A DNA stretch of 64,000 nucleotides from Ancylonema sp. (taxonomy: Eukaryota). The stretch covers positions 1-64,000 of the forward strand of contig JBFLGF010000121.1 in NCBI GenBank assembly GCA_050230475.1, in the 5' to 3' direction. Shown one piece after another: positions 1 through 13,370 of the stretch (positions are counted from its first letter, which is position 1; each line of letters opens with the position of its first letter). Both the position numbers and the translations under genes were made by a program. The notes under the pieces are model-generated. The model saw only the letters and a program-made list of their open reading frames with translations, did no database searches and was not told the DNA's origin.

Positions 1-3
1 CGG

Positions 4-348
4 TAGTGTGCGCGGAGCCCGGAGTCCAAGGGCCCGGAGCCAACAAGATCCGAGCTCATTGAACCCGGAGCCCTAAGGGTCTATGGGCTCCGGATCCGTG
101 CCTGATATCGTGAGCCTACCTTGGACCCCGTAGATCCGCGCGGTCCGTCCCGGTCCGCGTCTCGGACCAGACCGAACCTCGGTTCCAGAATCTGGCGGGC
201 ATCGCTATCTTGGGGTTTTTCTTTTGGCGGGCATTTTTGGGGGGGCGTCTGGAGCGTGTTTATCCTTCTTCTTCTTTTCCCTTTTTTTACTTTTTCTTCT
301 GCTTCTTTTTTTTTCCGCTTTCCTTTTTTTCCTCCCCTTCTCCTTCTT

Positions 349-382
<34 letters not shown>

Positions 383-2208
383 CCGGGTCCTTCGCGTTAT
401 GCCTGGACGTTATAATTAGCGATGTGAAATCAGCGATTACACCTTGCACTTACACTCGTACGTAAAGTGTAACGTAACATAAAACGTAAAAATACATGTA
501 ACTTTTACGTTTTATGCATAATTGGTAAAATACAAAGCCAAAATTCCCGGTAAACATCTTAACATCATTCATGTTAAGAATAGTGTTATCCTCCCTCTTA
601 TAATTTTTTTCATCGCCGGTGTTTACAACATGCGAAGATGCAAGTTAAGAAGCGAATATGGTAGGATTTTACATTGCCAAGTAGTTATTATATGATGGTA
701 TAATCGTTGATACACTTGGGGTATGTGTAGATGTGGCGAAGACATGAGTACTCAATAGTAGTAAATGGCCACATTATTAGGCATATGAAATCTTTGGTTA
801 CTAGATTTTGAATACTTTTTTTTTCCTGTAATCATGGTGAATGATGATAGGGTACACACTACGGATGGCTACAATGATTTTTTGAAACTTTCAACTTGAA
901 AGCTAATCAATGCTCACTCTCAGTATAACGAGATCGAAAAATCGTTCTAAAACATCGTAACCTCTCTTGACAGCACGTTGTCAACGTGATGTGTATGAGT
1001 CAATGATAAAATGGTCAAAATGATAAAACAAAAAAATAAAAATAAACTCCGTCCCCCGCTCGCTCGCTCGTTCTCTCGTTTCTTGTATTTCAAATGCTAA
1101 ATATAGTGTTGAAGGAGGGAGAATTATAAACACTTTATCTAATTTTCTTTAGTAAATCGAGAAAGCAAGTTGGTGTTTTGGTTTTCATCTATTAATAGCT
1201 TGGCAGTACATTTTTATGACAATTTTAATGAATGCACTTTAAAAGATACAGTGGGGGGGAAAAAACCGAAGTTTTTCGAACAAGGAATTGAATGAATTTC
1301 CTACAAAACTGATTTTACCCTAAATCGCCGGTCCGAGGTTTCGGGCTTCGAAAGACGGACCGAGATCCCGGTTCCGAAGGTTCGGGCAATTGGTTCATGT
1401 CGTTATATCTGAGCCCGTATCTGGAATCAAATGCGGTCTCCGAATTCAAAATCAGGCAACTTTTCTCCTTCTCATATAGTGCAGTCTTGATATAGTGACA
1501 CACTCTACAGTGACAATCGCGATATAGTGACATTTTTTTTGCCCTTTTTCTAATCCTATATAAAAACCTACTCTATAGAGTGACAATCGCTATAGTGACA
1601 CTCGTTGTAGTGACCCAAAAATCCCAGATTTTTGTATTGCGATGTCACTATACGGTGAAACACGTCTAAAATTATATTGTGAAAATTAAAAATCTGTCTA
1701 TTTTAACGCATAAATTAATCACCAATCTAATTTCATTTTTTTTTATGGTTCCAGCATGAGTCATGTTAATATAGCGAGAGGATGTCATAACGAAAGCCGT
1801 TTAGATGAGCCACCTGCGTTAAAAATATCGACCTGAATTTCACTTTCTCTCGATATAGTGACATTTGCCTATTGTCGCCCTATCAAATGTCACTATACAG
1901 TGTATAGTGACAGCCCTAGCATTCGATATAGTGACATTAAATCCCCATGTCTATAAAATTATCACTATATCGAGACGGCACTGTAGTAATTTTGTAGGAT
2001 TTGGGCTCCGATCTGGGCTCCAGGTCAACTCCAAGCACGGATCTTGGGCTCCGATCTTAGCTCCGATCTGGGATCGGATCCGGGCTTCGAGCCCAAAACC
2101 AGGAAACTTTTCTACCTTAAATAGGAAATGGGCTCCTATCCGCGATCTTGGGCTCGACTCGCGCCGAGCCCGGAGCTCATAGGATTCGGTTAGGCTCCCC
2201 GCATTCTA
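4..2208. mobile_element. Decayed hAT-like DNA transposon (TAGTGTGCG-TIR family) with an internal transposase remnant and a nested MITE
   Basis: The left end TAGTGTGCGCGGAGCCC (4) and right end GGCTCCCCGCATTCTA (2208) match the TIRs of the intact element at 57648-58098. Both ends have GAGCCCG/GGGCTC-rich subterminal regions. The minus strand at ~925-980 reads (R)(W)LSR..GYDVLERFFDL across frameshifts, resembling the hAT RWLSR..VLxRF motif. The TSD cannot be verified because the left flank is at the window edge. Confidence 0.6.
1477..1983. mobile_element. pogo/Tigger-like MITE (~507 bp)
   Basis: TIRs (t)AGTGCAGTCTTGATATAGTGA and TCACTATATCGAGACGGCACTG, flanked by TA on both sides, with many internal TATAGTGAC motifs. 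Confidence 0.75.
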
Positions 2209-4862
2209 ACTTCGTAGGAGAAGGTACCCAAGGCATACCGTGTGGTAATCGCATGTGTTGGGATGGAATGCGTGGACATGTTGTCATATCATACAACTAC
2301 GGATTTCAACTCTAGCTATAGCGTATGGACGTGTGAATACCATATTTCATATGGTATTCACATACCAAATGAAATAACACACATATTGTCGAAAAAAAAT
2401 TCCGATAGTCCCCTTTCATTGAGGTAAATGATTGACCCCCAATTTGAAATTGCAGCGAATACTCGGGATCTACCAACATACACATTATGTATGTACAAAG
2501 TATGAGAACGGCGATCACTCAAAATCGCTCGTGTGAAGTTGTGCTCGATTCAACCCATAAAGCGCAATATTACTCATACTCATCATAAATAACTCATCAT
2601 TCCGCGTCCTACGTTTATCGTTCAATGAAAGTTAGCGATGAAATCGGGTGCTATATTTGTATAACTAATCGAACAAAGTAGTTCAAAATGGTTCGATTTG
2701 GCGAAATTGTTATGCATTTCGAGTTTACGGCTGCGACTCGGTACATGTGTCAAACATATGGGTTTTGAATCCGAAATTGAACCCCAAAAATTCATTGACG
2801 TCCGCGGTGAAGATTAGTAAGTGTGAATAATGTAATAGTAATGTGCGCGCATACGACTAAACTCGGTGAACGTGAGCATCTCTACTTCCTTGCTTTAGGG
2901 GAGGAAAGTATGGTCAAGGATTTGTGTAGCGAAAACGGGAATACTCACTCGTGGTGTCTCACGTTTTTTTTCGTGAAGTGCACTTAGCATGCCGTTTTTC
3001 ATTTGTTTCCTACGGCTATGTCATATTGCATAGGGGTTTGTACGCGGCACATATAACAAAGAGAGTGGGGGTTTGTATGTCCTTCGTCATAGGCGTGGGA
3101 AGGTTATTAGTTCAACCCCTATATTCGTTTTTATATTTGTAATTTTGGGTTATTGATAGGCCGTAATGACGTGCGCCAAAAAAAAAAAAAAATCAACAAC
3201 ACCCATAATTAGGCCGAAAAACCAAAGGCCCATTTTTAGGCATTAATAATATTTCATTGGGCCATTGTTTTCATAATCGACCCTGAAAAAAAATTATGGA
3301 AATGAAGGGAAAAAACAAATGATGGAACAAATTATGGTCTTCTTGAAGGAATAGAACCCGTGAGGACATGCGCGGGAGAAAAAGAAAGTCAAAACAACGC
3401 GAGTTGTCTCGCAGGGTTATATGTAGAGTTTGAAGTAATAATGACTTACTTCTTGAGGAACGAAGCCGAGAATAACGGACAACCGAGCTGTCCAAGTCAT
3501 GAAATAGTGGTATTCAACCCTCTTTTAAACAATCTTATAGTTCTTGAGAAGGCTAGGATTGAATATAACCATAAAGCATGTGTTCTAGAACGTCGGAAAG
3601 TAACGTTCTTGTAATAAAATGTGAAATGTAGTATCGGCAATCTATGTGCCTTGATACGTCGACACATCATGTGTGAAATTGTCATGTTAAGATACTCAAG
3701 AGACGTTGTCTTGGAGTTTCGCCATAGATGATTATATGGTTACGTCAATGTGCCATAGAATCGATACACATCACGTGCGGAGCGCAAGTGCGATACATTT
3801 TTTAATTAACACTGAGAGGTTGAATGAAGTTCTACCTCCATAGTTCTTGAGTTCTTCTTATCCGATATAATTTCAATGGACAGTCACGTAGAGAATTCAA
3901 TGTTCATGGGTATTCGTGAGTTGATTTGAGTCCCAAAATATTTAATTTTCTTAGTGTTTTGCAACAAATAGTAAATTTGGGACTATTTTTTTTAGTTATG
4001 TCGCCTACGCAACAAAATAAAAAAAACATATGAGTATTTTTTAAACTCAAATGCAAAACAGCGGTATTTAAATTAGTGACATAAATACAATAACCTCGAG
4101 AGGATTCGTGCCGAGCATAACGCCTAAACATAACTCGTAGGGCAAAAATAAAGACATGCATAATAAGGAGACGGGGAGGACAAAAGGAAGAGAGAGGGTG
4201 GGGTGGACTCGGGAGACCCCCAAGTAATACTCGCCGAGTAAAAAATTATAAGAACCGCGTGGTCTGTCCCGTTACGCATCTCGGACCTCGCTTACACGAT
4301 CTGGTTTTGCATTTTCGGGCAACTATGGTATTAACGTGTTGGTAAATTTCATGAGCGAAAGGTATGGTAAATATTCATAAATTTTATTTATACTCTGACC
4401 ATTGTGATCAACGTTGGCATATAACCCATTAAGGATGTCTCTTGTGAATCATGAACATTGGTGAGATCGAACCCCTTTTTGTATTTTAACCTCATTAATT
4501 AACGCCGGTAATTGTATGGTCGGGAATTTCTCGCCGGCAGACCCACCCCCGTCGAGATCACCCGATGGAATTAAAAGTTTTCCGGGGAGGTACCTGCCGA
4601 ACGGTCATTTTGTTAGCCCTGGGGTTCCAACTTACAGCAACTTCGATACCCGCGGTGCCTCCTCTCTGTGCCGGTTTTCGCATTTTCGCTCGTTCCATCC
4701 CGACCGTCCACATTTCGATGTACCACTGAGGCCGTCATTCAGCTTCCTCGGGGGTTGCCTCCAAATTCGCCCTCAGCTTCCCATTCATCTCTCTTCGGCT
4801 GCTCCATCATCACCGTAGCGGCCGGAAGTGACATTTGGAGAGTCGACGATAGCGGAGCAGCC

Positions 4863-7002
4863 ATGCCGCCCAAACGTGAGTTCTTTATGCTCGACAGTGT
4901 CAAACTGTTGCGTCGTACACGGGGTTCCTAAGGACGTTTACGTGACTCTGCACCTCCCTGTGCTCGTTTCGGCGCCATTTTTATTTTTCTTTCTCGGTAA
5001 CACGCCTAGTACCTACTATTATTTATAAGCGCTGGGGCTGGAAGGATTTTCTGGAAATGAAGGCCCAGAAGGTCCCAAACCCTTAAACCACACACTTAAT
5101 CATCTTAGAACTTCAGTAACTTTTGTTGCCAAGTTCCGTGACAAAGTATTTAGCCAACATCCCGCCCCTACATCAGCTAGGCAGTTCGATATTTGGTACC
5201 CTTCTCAGAGCTGCCCAGTAGAATAGTTCAAAAACGAATCTCGGGTTTCATCTGTAGATCGGGATATATCCTTATGGCCTCGTACGGGCTCATACGCGCT
5301 CTGCAAAAGTGTCTCATTGCACATCATATATTTCCCCCCCAGATATCGACGTATCCCCCTGTCATAAACATGTATGCCATGTATTTTGGAAATAATGCTC
5401 TTTCGCATGTTGACATACTTGCCCGAATTGGCCTCCAACCACCTCTGTCACGTGTACGCAGCTACCACAAAAGCTCCGGCTAAGGCCAAGGCAACTCAGG
5501 CCGCTAAAATTCTAAAGAAAGTGACGCCGAAGAAACACCTCAAAGTCCGAACCTCCGTCACTTTCCACCGAACCAAGACCCTCAAACGCTCTCGGACGCC
5601 AAAGTACCCCAGACTCAGCGCCCCCCCTGCCAACAAACTCGACCACTACCAGGTACGAATCATCTCTTGGCGCGATCATATCATCGTTGGGCACGGTTTT
5701 CGGCCAGATGGCCATTTGAAATAAGCCTGGGGTAGCAAATAGTACATTGGCTTCCGTGAAATGTGGGAAGACACTCCAACGCTATAAACCACCGCGGATT
5801 TCAGGTGCTCAAGTACCCGCTCACCACCGAGTCCGCCATGAAGAAGATCGAGGACAACAACACTCTGGTCTTTATCGTAGACGTGCGGGCGGACAAGGAG
5901 AAGATCAAAGATGCGGTGAAGAGGATGTACGACGTGCAGTGCACGAAGATAAACACGCTGGTCAGGTGAGAAAATTGGAAACTGGATTTGGAATGGAATC
6001 TAAATACCAGACCCAGACGGCTAATCTAGCAGCAGAAGCGCTACCAGAGCCGCATGTCAGGCTCTATTCCGAGCGTGTGGATAGGGAATAAGGAGGGTGG
6101 AAGCTTTGTTCCCAGTGGAGTAGTGGGAAGTGTGCCCCGCCGTCGATTCAGGGGTGCCAAGTGGCATGGTCGGCAGTGTCTTGTGGAAGTACTGGGTGTC
6201 CTGTAGGGTAATAACGAAGACGTGAACATCTGTTGCAGCCTGGGCACAGAGTGCTGGGCGGGGGGGAGGGGGGTTGGTTACTGAGAGGGGGGCCTGGTGG
6301 GAGGGAGGGAGGGGTGTTTGGGAGGGTGTGCCCGGTTTTGGTCGCTACTTGAGTGCACTGCTATCAAGTCGTGTAGGTTCAGGGCAGGGAGTTCATGAGG
6401 TTCATCAGGGGGTTTGAAACTGCGAGCACGGTTATCAGGTCTCAATTGGAGAGTAGGTGGATTATGGAGATTGGAACAACGTTTCGGGTTCTATGTGGGG
6501 GGACTTTTGGGGGTAGAGGTTGCTGAAAATGAGTGGGTCTATCGTCACGGGGGGGGTCAAGTGGGTTTGCGAGGGTGAGGAATATCTGAATGAGGCCGTG
6601 GAAAGGGAAGTGGAGTGTCCATATGAGGTTCTTTTATAGTAAGGAGAAGTACGAATAAGTATTCTGGAGTGTAAGAGGACGAATCTAAAGAGATTATACA
6701 CAGAAGTGATCGAAGGAGGAGAGATGTTGTAAGCTCAATTCTGTCTGGAATTGGTTGAGGGGAAGGGAGACCTTTATCTGCACACAAAATACCTTTGGTA
6801 ATCAAACGATGATCACCAAATGTTGCATGAGTGGTTGCAATTAAGGACGATAATAGTGGGCAAACTATTGACCTTAGGGGGCTATTGGCGGGTTTGTATT
6901 TCCTTGTGTGGTTGCAGGCCAGATGGCAACAAGAAGGCATATGTGCGGTTAACCGCGGATTATGATGCCCTTGACATTGCCAACAAGATCGGCATTATCT
7001 AG
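4863..7002 (+). CDS. RPL23A: 60S ribosomal protein L23a (uL23), 4 exons
   Basis: Exons 4863-4875, 5462-5652, 5805-5965 and 6918-7002, all GT-AG. The spliced protein reads [14 protein letters not shown]...[14 protein letters not shown]...[25 protein letters not shown]...[28 protein letters not shown]. Confidence 0.97.
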
Positions 7003-7291
7003 AGGGAAAAAATTGTTGGGTTGGTGGATCTTGATAGTTGGAGAACTTGGGGTTTGTATTCCGTCTTGTTGTACGATTGTCTACTCGCCAAGTGATCGTT
7101 GCAATCGGTGTCCCAATGTCATTCTCGGTTTTTTTTAATGTGATGGTGATGCATCTCGGGGGCAATTAGTTGCATGAATTATGTGCATGTTTATGGAGCA
7201 ATGGTGTGAGGTACGAGTACAACGGCGGATTGCATCAAATGTATGGTCAAATGATCAAATGTATGGGTGTAGTGTTTACGTTATCACAACA

Positions 7292-7447
7292 GTCCGGGAC
7301 GCAACTAAGATGCAAAAGAAGAAGAAAAGGTTTTCATTATAGAGTTGCACAACTCCGGGGGTTCCAAATATATGGATATCAGATTTGGGTGTGGCGTCCG
7401 GGTCCGGGACGCGTCTGGGCCCGGACGCGTCCGGAGATCTCCGGAGA
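7292..7447. repeat. Dispersed repeat fragment (GGACGCGTCC-rich), homologous to 41546-41725
   Basis: GTCCGGGACGCAACTAAGATGC...GGATATCAGATTTGG...GGCGTCCGGG aligns by eye with 41546-41680. Confidence 0.75.
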
Positions 7448-7513
7448 AGGGGAAGGTGATACCGACACTATCTAGTGACACTGAACATAGGTGGGCCCAC
7501 ATCGGGTATAGTC

Positions 7514-8210
7514 CATAGTGGGCCCCGCTTTGCTCGCGGAATTCGTGAGCCCGGCTCCGAGCCGGCGCACGCGCGAGCCGGTTCCGAGCCGGCGCGCGTC
7601 CGCGACCCGCCTGGCGAAAACGAAATATCGGAATGCGACTAAGTACAAATCCTTCTCTGCCAAGCAGGTAGTTACTAGTTACCGGTACTTCAGGCAGTAC
7701 GTCCCGAACGTAGTGGCCATATTCTGATGGGTACTCGAAGATTCTGTTCGTCGAATCAGGAATGTTTTTTGGCAACTGAAAGATTCTGTACCGAATCTTG
7801 AAGATTTTCTGACATTCCGGGAATCGGACGACATCTGGGGGAGGGACGGGGCGGTGAACAACGCTCACCCGTCAGATGTGGGATTTCTTCAAAAACTGAC
7901 GGATTCTGTGGCACGAACGAGTGTCACACATGACTATGGAACGGGAGGACAACGATGGTACGGAAAAAAACGATGAACGGGAGACGTAGCTGGCGAACGA
8001 AAAGGGGGAATTGTGAACGGGGACGGGATAATGACGGGATACAATGTGTTATGAAACAGTACTACGCAAGCATAATAGTCCACCGTGTAGCGGGGGACGG
8101 GGTTACCATTTGTTTTTTTGTTTTTTTTCCGGTACGTCCCGCTCCGCTCGCGGATTTTGCGAGCCCGAATCCGCGCCAGCGCGCGCGCTCCGGCTCGTGG
8201 ATCCACTATG
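7514..8210. mobile_element. CATAG-ended non-autonomous TIR element (P- or hAT-type), possibly composite
   Basis: Ends are CATAGTGGGCCCC and GTGGATCCACTATG. The flanks GTATAGTC and GTATGGTG match at 6/8, consistent with a degenerate 8-bp TSD. Subterminal regions are GC-rich. Confidence 0.55.
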
Positions 8211-8350
8211 GTATGGTGCACGTGTCCAGTACCAACGTTTCTAGTAAAACCAAATTCACAAGACGTCGATAGTAAAAGTAGAAACGGTGTCTTCAGCGAA
8301 TGGGAATGTTACTTTATTTATGACCAATTACGCCACATTCATTCGAAGTA

Positions 8351-10115
8351 CCGTAATGACCATACATAATGACCCGGGTAAAAAAAAGTAAAAAAAAATG
8401 TGGTGACCCACCAATTTAATCCGGGCAAAACATATTTATTATCCCATGACCCAAAATTATAACCCGGGTAAAAAATATTTATTATACCGTGACCCGGCAA
8501 GCAAAATGACCCACCACATAACAACGCGTAAATTTTACCGCACTAGTACCGTATTAATTATGGTACTATAAAACTTGGGGGGGTAACCTGGCCGTCATTT
8601 TTTTTTCTATTTTTTTCGGTTTTTCTTTTTTGCACTACAACGTTCACTATACAACAAATAATCCGTTCACATTCCTTCATTTAAATTCATTTGCCGTTCA
8701 TCCGTTCAATTTACACTAAAATCGTTTACTTTCCTTTATCTGAAATTGTTTTGCCGTTCTGCCATTCACTTTACACCAAAAATTACGTTTATTTTCCTTT
8801 ATCTCAAATTTATTCACCGTTCATCCATTCACTTCAAACTACAAAAACCGTTCACTTTCCTTTATCTCAAATTTATTCGTCGTTCATCCGTTCACTTTAC
8901 ACTAAAAATTCAGTTCACTTTCCTTTATCTCAAATTTATTCGCCCTTCATCCGTTTACTTTACACTAAAAACTCCGTTCACTTTTTTTTCATCTCAAATT
9001 TGTTCGCCATTCATCCATTCACTTCACACCCGGAAATCCATAAAATGTTCTATATCTCACATTTATTCGCCGTTCATTCGTTCTCTATACACTATAAAAT
9101 CCGTTTACTTTACTTCATCTCAATTTTATTCGCCGTTCATCCGTTCACTTTACACGAGAAAATCCGTTTACTTTACTTCATCTCAAATTTGTTCGCCATT
9201 CATCCGTTCACTTTACACTTAGAAGTCCATAGAATTTCATTTACCTCAAATTTATTCGCCGTTGATCCGTTCACTTTACATTCAGAAATCCAAAGAATTT
9301 CCTATATCTCAAATTTATTCGCCGTTCATTAGTTCACTTTACACTAGGAAATCCGTTCATTTTCCCTTTGTCTCAAATTTATTCGCCGTCCATCCGTTCA
9401 CTTTACACTGAAAATTCCGTTCACTTTCCTTTATCTCAAATTTCTTCGCCGTTTATCCGTCCACTTTACACCCAAAAAAACGTTCACTTTCCTTTATCTC
9501 AATTTATTCACCGTTTATCCGTTCACTTTCGTTCAAAAGCCGTATCTCAGTGCGCTGCGTTGTCGGCTCTACATTGCGGCCCTGCAAACTGCAACAGGCT
9601 GTAAGACTTGAACACATACTCTCGGTTCACAACTGTATTTTTAAAATTTGTCGTTGATCATCATGAAAATATGTTCGTTAAACAAATAAATTTTAGAGAT
9701 CCCGAAGAGACAAAGGCGAGTGCTTTGTAAATAATAAGTGAGTGTGTGGAGACATCCGCATGCTTTCGGTTTTTCGATATTTCCACACTTTTCGGGATTT
9801 TAAAAGGTGTATTGTGGTTTAAATATTCCGGAAAGTCTATGTTGATTATCATGTAGGCTTGTGCATGGTGCAAAAATATAATAAAAATGATCACCTTAAT
9901 TATTCCCCGACATGTCCATTCCCCCCCCTAAATTTTCGAAAAGGAAGCGAATGACGATCGATTAGGCCGCTACCGGACCAGGATTGAATCTTGGGCGACC
10001 GGGATTCAATCACATGTATTTTGAGCAAAAAAACGTATAAAATCGATTTTGTGCTGCTGACCCACTACGCCATATTTCGGAATTGAAGGCGTGACCCAAC
10101 CCCAAACAATGGAGT
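8351..10115 (-). mobile_element. Tc2/pogo-like non-autonomous element carrying a minisatellite (copy A, one end missing)
   Basis: Starts TA|CCGTAATGACCATACATAATGACCCGG. It is reverse-complement homologous to 21657-22886 and 39795-41136. Homology stops at ~10115, before the second TIR. Confidence 0.85.
8660..9530. repeat. ~58-bp minisatellite (about 15 units) inside the transposon
   Basis: The unit is approximately TTCACTTTCCTTTATCTCAAATTTATTCGCCGTTCATCCGTTCACTTTACACTAAAAA. It explains the spurious repetitive ORFs at 8691-9332. Confidence 0.9.
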
Positions 10116-10360
10116 TGGGCCCTATAGTCCCACGATATGGGAGATATCACCGATTAAGCGCGCTACACGACAATATGAGACCATGAATAACGACAAAGTT
10201 GTGGCAGGTCGAGATATCACGACTAGTACGAGGGCTAGCCACGTGACTTAATGTACGGTAAATATGTAAGAATGACCCATATGCCGGTGGATAACGACAA
10301 ATCATTTGAAATTCAATTCCCACGGAAGGAAATCTTTTACGCTTTTTGTTCCTACTATCC

Positions 10361-10470
10361 GGAATCATCCCCAAAAATCATTGATAATAACTAACGGATT
10401 CATGGAATCATCACCAGAAATCATTGATAATAACTAACGGAATCCCGGAATCATTTTAAAAAATCATTAC
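10361..10470. repeat. 43-bp tandem repeat (~2.5 copies)
   Basis: GGAATCAT...AAATCATTGATAATAACTAACGGA units start at 10361, 10404 and 10447. Confidence 0.8.
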
Positions 10471-11019
10471 GAAAATAATTAATTTAAGGAAAACAGAAAT
10501 CATTTAGGGTGCCCAATACGGTCTCGGTTTCACCCTCGTATAAGTGACGAAATTTACAACAACTGTAAATCACACCTTGAAACATGTTGAGTTTATGTTT
10601 TGTAAGTCCGCGCGCGGAGCCCCCGAGAATGGGGATTTGGAGCAAAAAAATTGTGCACATGTAAAAAGTATCAAAATACGTACAGATGGTACAAACGCAT
10701 CCAAGTCTGTATTAAGCGAAGGTAATGAATCGGTGTAATTCGGATGTTTACACGGACGGGGTCTTGGTAATAACGCGCGCGCGCGTGCGTAATAACGCGT
10801 AAATAACGCATAAATAACGCATAATAAATTATAGAGCTTCAATGCAAATGAAATGATCAAAACCTGAAGTTTTCAATATCTACCGCACATATTTCCGTTG
10901 ACGTCAATATTTTTTTCCATCCAATCAATGTTCGATTCATACTTTCGCACAAATCTTGGATACCTACTATCCTCGCCCAATACGCAAGTATGCGAGTACC
11001 AAAACATTATAATAAAGCT

Positions 11020-11668
11020 ACCGGTTTCCGTGTTTCAGTTTTCTACTCCTGTGAAGACTGGAATGTAAGATTTTTCCGTCCTAGTAGGCAGCAACTGTAA
11101 GGCTTATCGACAGTCAATTTCTCAGCGTGTTTTGCAACGCAGCTCACAGCTCAGAGTCTCTCCGCAGTAGATCGCGTGCAAGCCCGTAGTTATTAACACT
11201 CCGTCTTTAACACTCCGCCAGTGGGCCCATAACCTTTTAGGATTGTTACGTGATTGGTGTGCGAGATTGTGTGATGAACTTTCCGATTGATTGTTACGTA
11301 TTGTGTTGGAATGATAATGTTGAATGGTCGGCATCGGGTAGATAATACCACGATGCCTCGTACAGATCAAGAATCACAAAGTGTGCCGACGGTCGGATCT
11401 ACTAACCGTCGGCCTATCACAACTCAACTACAATCAGATTATGTCAACGGCACATGCCGGACAGTCTGCCAAGACATAACGTCTAGATGCGGAACCATCT
11501 AGACCACACGTGCCCTAAACGCCACAATCGAAACGTCATGTTCGGGTGCCCGGACACAAGTCCGGCCCCTCAATACAAGCACACCCTAGGAATCCTACCG
11601 GTTACAGTAACCGGTAGCCCGGACTAGCACACTATCTGACACTATGGTTGTCCGATACAATTCCTACA
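11020..11668 (-). mobile_element. Truncated Ty1/copia element: 5' LTR, primer-binding site (PBS), leader and gag start; a diverged relative of 48921-55514
   Basis: The minus strand starts TGTAGGAAT at 11668 and shares LTR blocks with 48921-49378 (CATGTGCCGTTGACAT, GATAGGCCGAC, CCGGGCACC, CTAGTCC). The PBS GGTTATGGGCCCAC is at 11234-11221. A downstream TEKSYIPVFTG resembles the gag start MSDRSQIPQFTG. Confidence 0.85.
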
Positions 11669-12126
11669 CCCTCTTTATAAGGATAACCTCGATATAATAA
11701 CTTTTTTTTTGAGGTTTGTTTTTTTTATCAATACAAAATCGCCCTCGATACACTAGATATGTTAGATATGTAGTTGTCTGGGTGACCATATCTCTTGTCC
11801 ATAAAATTCCATTTGAAACCCAGGCGAAGGCCCCGCATAACTCGAGCGCGCCACCAACTTTTTGTGATATGAAAGTCAATGGTGCAGCCTTGGAGCCGTC
11901 TTTGGATTGACTTATAAGCTACTGCGCCATAGTTGGCACCAATCAAACATGGTAGTTGCGATTGTGAGCCAAACACGACCGGATCGCTGGCCATCGAAAT
12001 TCGATGAAAGATGTAGGTGCAAATAGAAATGATCCCTCCTCTAGTAACAAAACCTTCAAGTATCGGAAAATATAAATGTAGAACTAGGTGAGGTAAGTGA
12101 TACTTAACAATTACACGCTCTATACA

Positions 12127-13120
12127 CAGTGCTCCCTCGATATATAACGACAAAAAACATCCAAAACACATGTCCTCATGTCGAAGTTTCCTTATACACT
12201 GTATAAGGACATTCACTACTGGATTCTAAAATGTGTGTCCTTGTATCGAGGGACTTCTTGAATGAAGCAAAATAAATAAGCAAATATGTTGTCTACATCG
12301 TGCCTATAATAAATTGCCATGGCACCATCATTCAGTTCAGCGTGGTTGTTGTGATGCAAGTTATACAAGGGCGTAATGAGACCAATACATTGCAACTAGC
12401 AAAATACAATTAACCGACTTTGCGAGGAGAGTTGGGGCTCTTTAAGGTCGTACCAAGCGACAAAGTTATTGCATATTTTGTTGGACACGGAGTGACCACT
12501 ATGGCCATGAACAACATGGACAATTGTTGTTATTATATTATTATCGTAAGTTAATATAATATAATAATATATTATATTATTAATATAATAAAATGTAGTT
12601 CATGAAAAGAACTACATTATTTCCAAATTTAGAACCGCAAATTACAAAATACACGATACAGTGCAACAAACCAGACTTCTCAAAATCCTTCGTGTATATT
12701 ATCGCAATTTGAAAGAAATTACAAGATTGTCAGCAACAACTTTCAATATGGCAAGACAAATGGACACACGTACTATATTGACATGATTTGACCCATAGTT
12801 GCATGATATAAACGTAGAATGTAAGTTTGCAGCCATAATTTTCATCACCTGCATGATGCAGGCTGTAGCGGAATTGTTTGGTAATTTTTGGATTCCATAT
12901 TTTTTCACGATTCCCATACATCGTTATATGCGAGAAACAACGTTCTAAACACACTATAAGGCCATTCATTAACAAATTTCTGAAAGAACTTGTCCTTATA
13001 AAGAGTGTCGTTATGCTTATATCGAGGGCGATTTTGTATTGATTTGAAAAAAGTTTTAAAATAATGTCGTTATGTCGAGATTGTCCTTGAAAAGAGGGTC
13101 CTTATATCGAGGGAGCATCG
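12127..13120. mobile_element. pogo/Tigger-like non-autonomous element (~1 kb), CAGTGCTCCCTCGATAT family
   Basis: TIRs CAGTGCTCCCTCGATATA and TATATCGAGGGAGCATCG|TA. It is colinear with 58124-59090. An inverted end fragment of the same family lies at ~11669-11750. Confidence 0.85.
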
Positions 13121-13123
13121 TAG

Positions 13124-13370
13124 CATGGTTGAGGCCGATTCATCCCCATCCCCGATCCGGATCGACGCCCGATCGGATGGGGCCCTCTAGTAGAAAACAA
13201 GAAAAAAAAAACAAATTTGTTTTTTGGGGGTTTCACGCCATTGTGGGTGCACCCTTTATTTTCCCGTCGATTTCTACCTAATATACGACGTCTCCGATGC
13301 GTATTTGCCGGATCGGGTCCGATCCGGAGCGGTGCCTATCAGGAAATTCTTCGGATCGGGCCCAACTATA
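13124..13370. mobile_element. CATAG-type MITE (degenerate)
   Basis: Ends CATGGTTGAGGCCGAT and ATCGGGCCCAACTATA form imperfect inverted repeats. Subterminal regions are CCGATC-rich. No clear TSD. Confidence 0.5.

Noticed and set aside
81..465. Poly-Lys and poly-Phe ORFs
   Set aside because: They are artefacts of a poly-T tract within the hAT-like element.
3300..3900. Possible hAT transposase remnant (HITCGAQV, resembling HxxCxAH)
   Set aside because: It is a single short degenerate motif and no TIR/TSD pair was identified.
5060..5090. Site II (GGCCCA) and telo-box-like (AAACCCTT) motifs in RPL23a intron 1
   Set aside because: These are short, imperfect matches expected by chance.
4876..6917. 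Intronic snoRNAs in RPL23a
   Set aside because: I could not find a convincing box C (RTGATGA) and box D (CTGA) pair with a terminal stem, or an H/ACA layout, by eye. An Rfam/Infernal scan would be needed.
8660..9530. CRISPR-like array or repeat protein
   Set aside because: The units are contiguous degenerate tandem repeats without unique spacers. They lie inside a TIR element in a eukaryotic genome with no cas genes.
11780..12060. Possible LINE zf-RVT-like remnant (WCQLWRSSL..PK..H..L) on the minus strand
   Set aside because: The similarity is too weak and stop-interrupted to support without a search.
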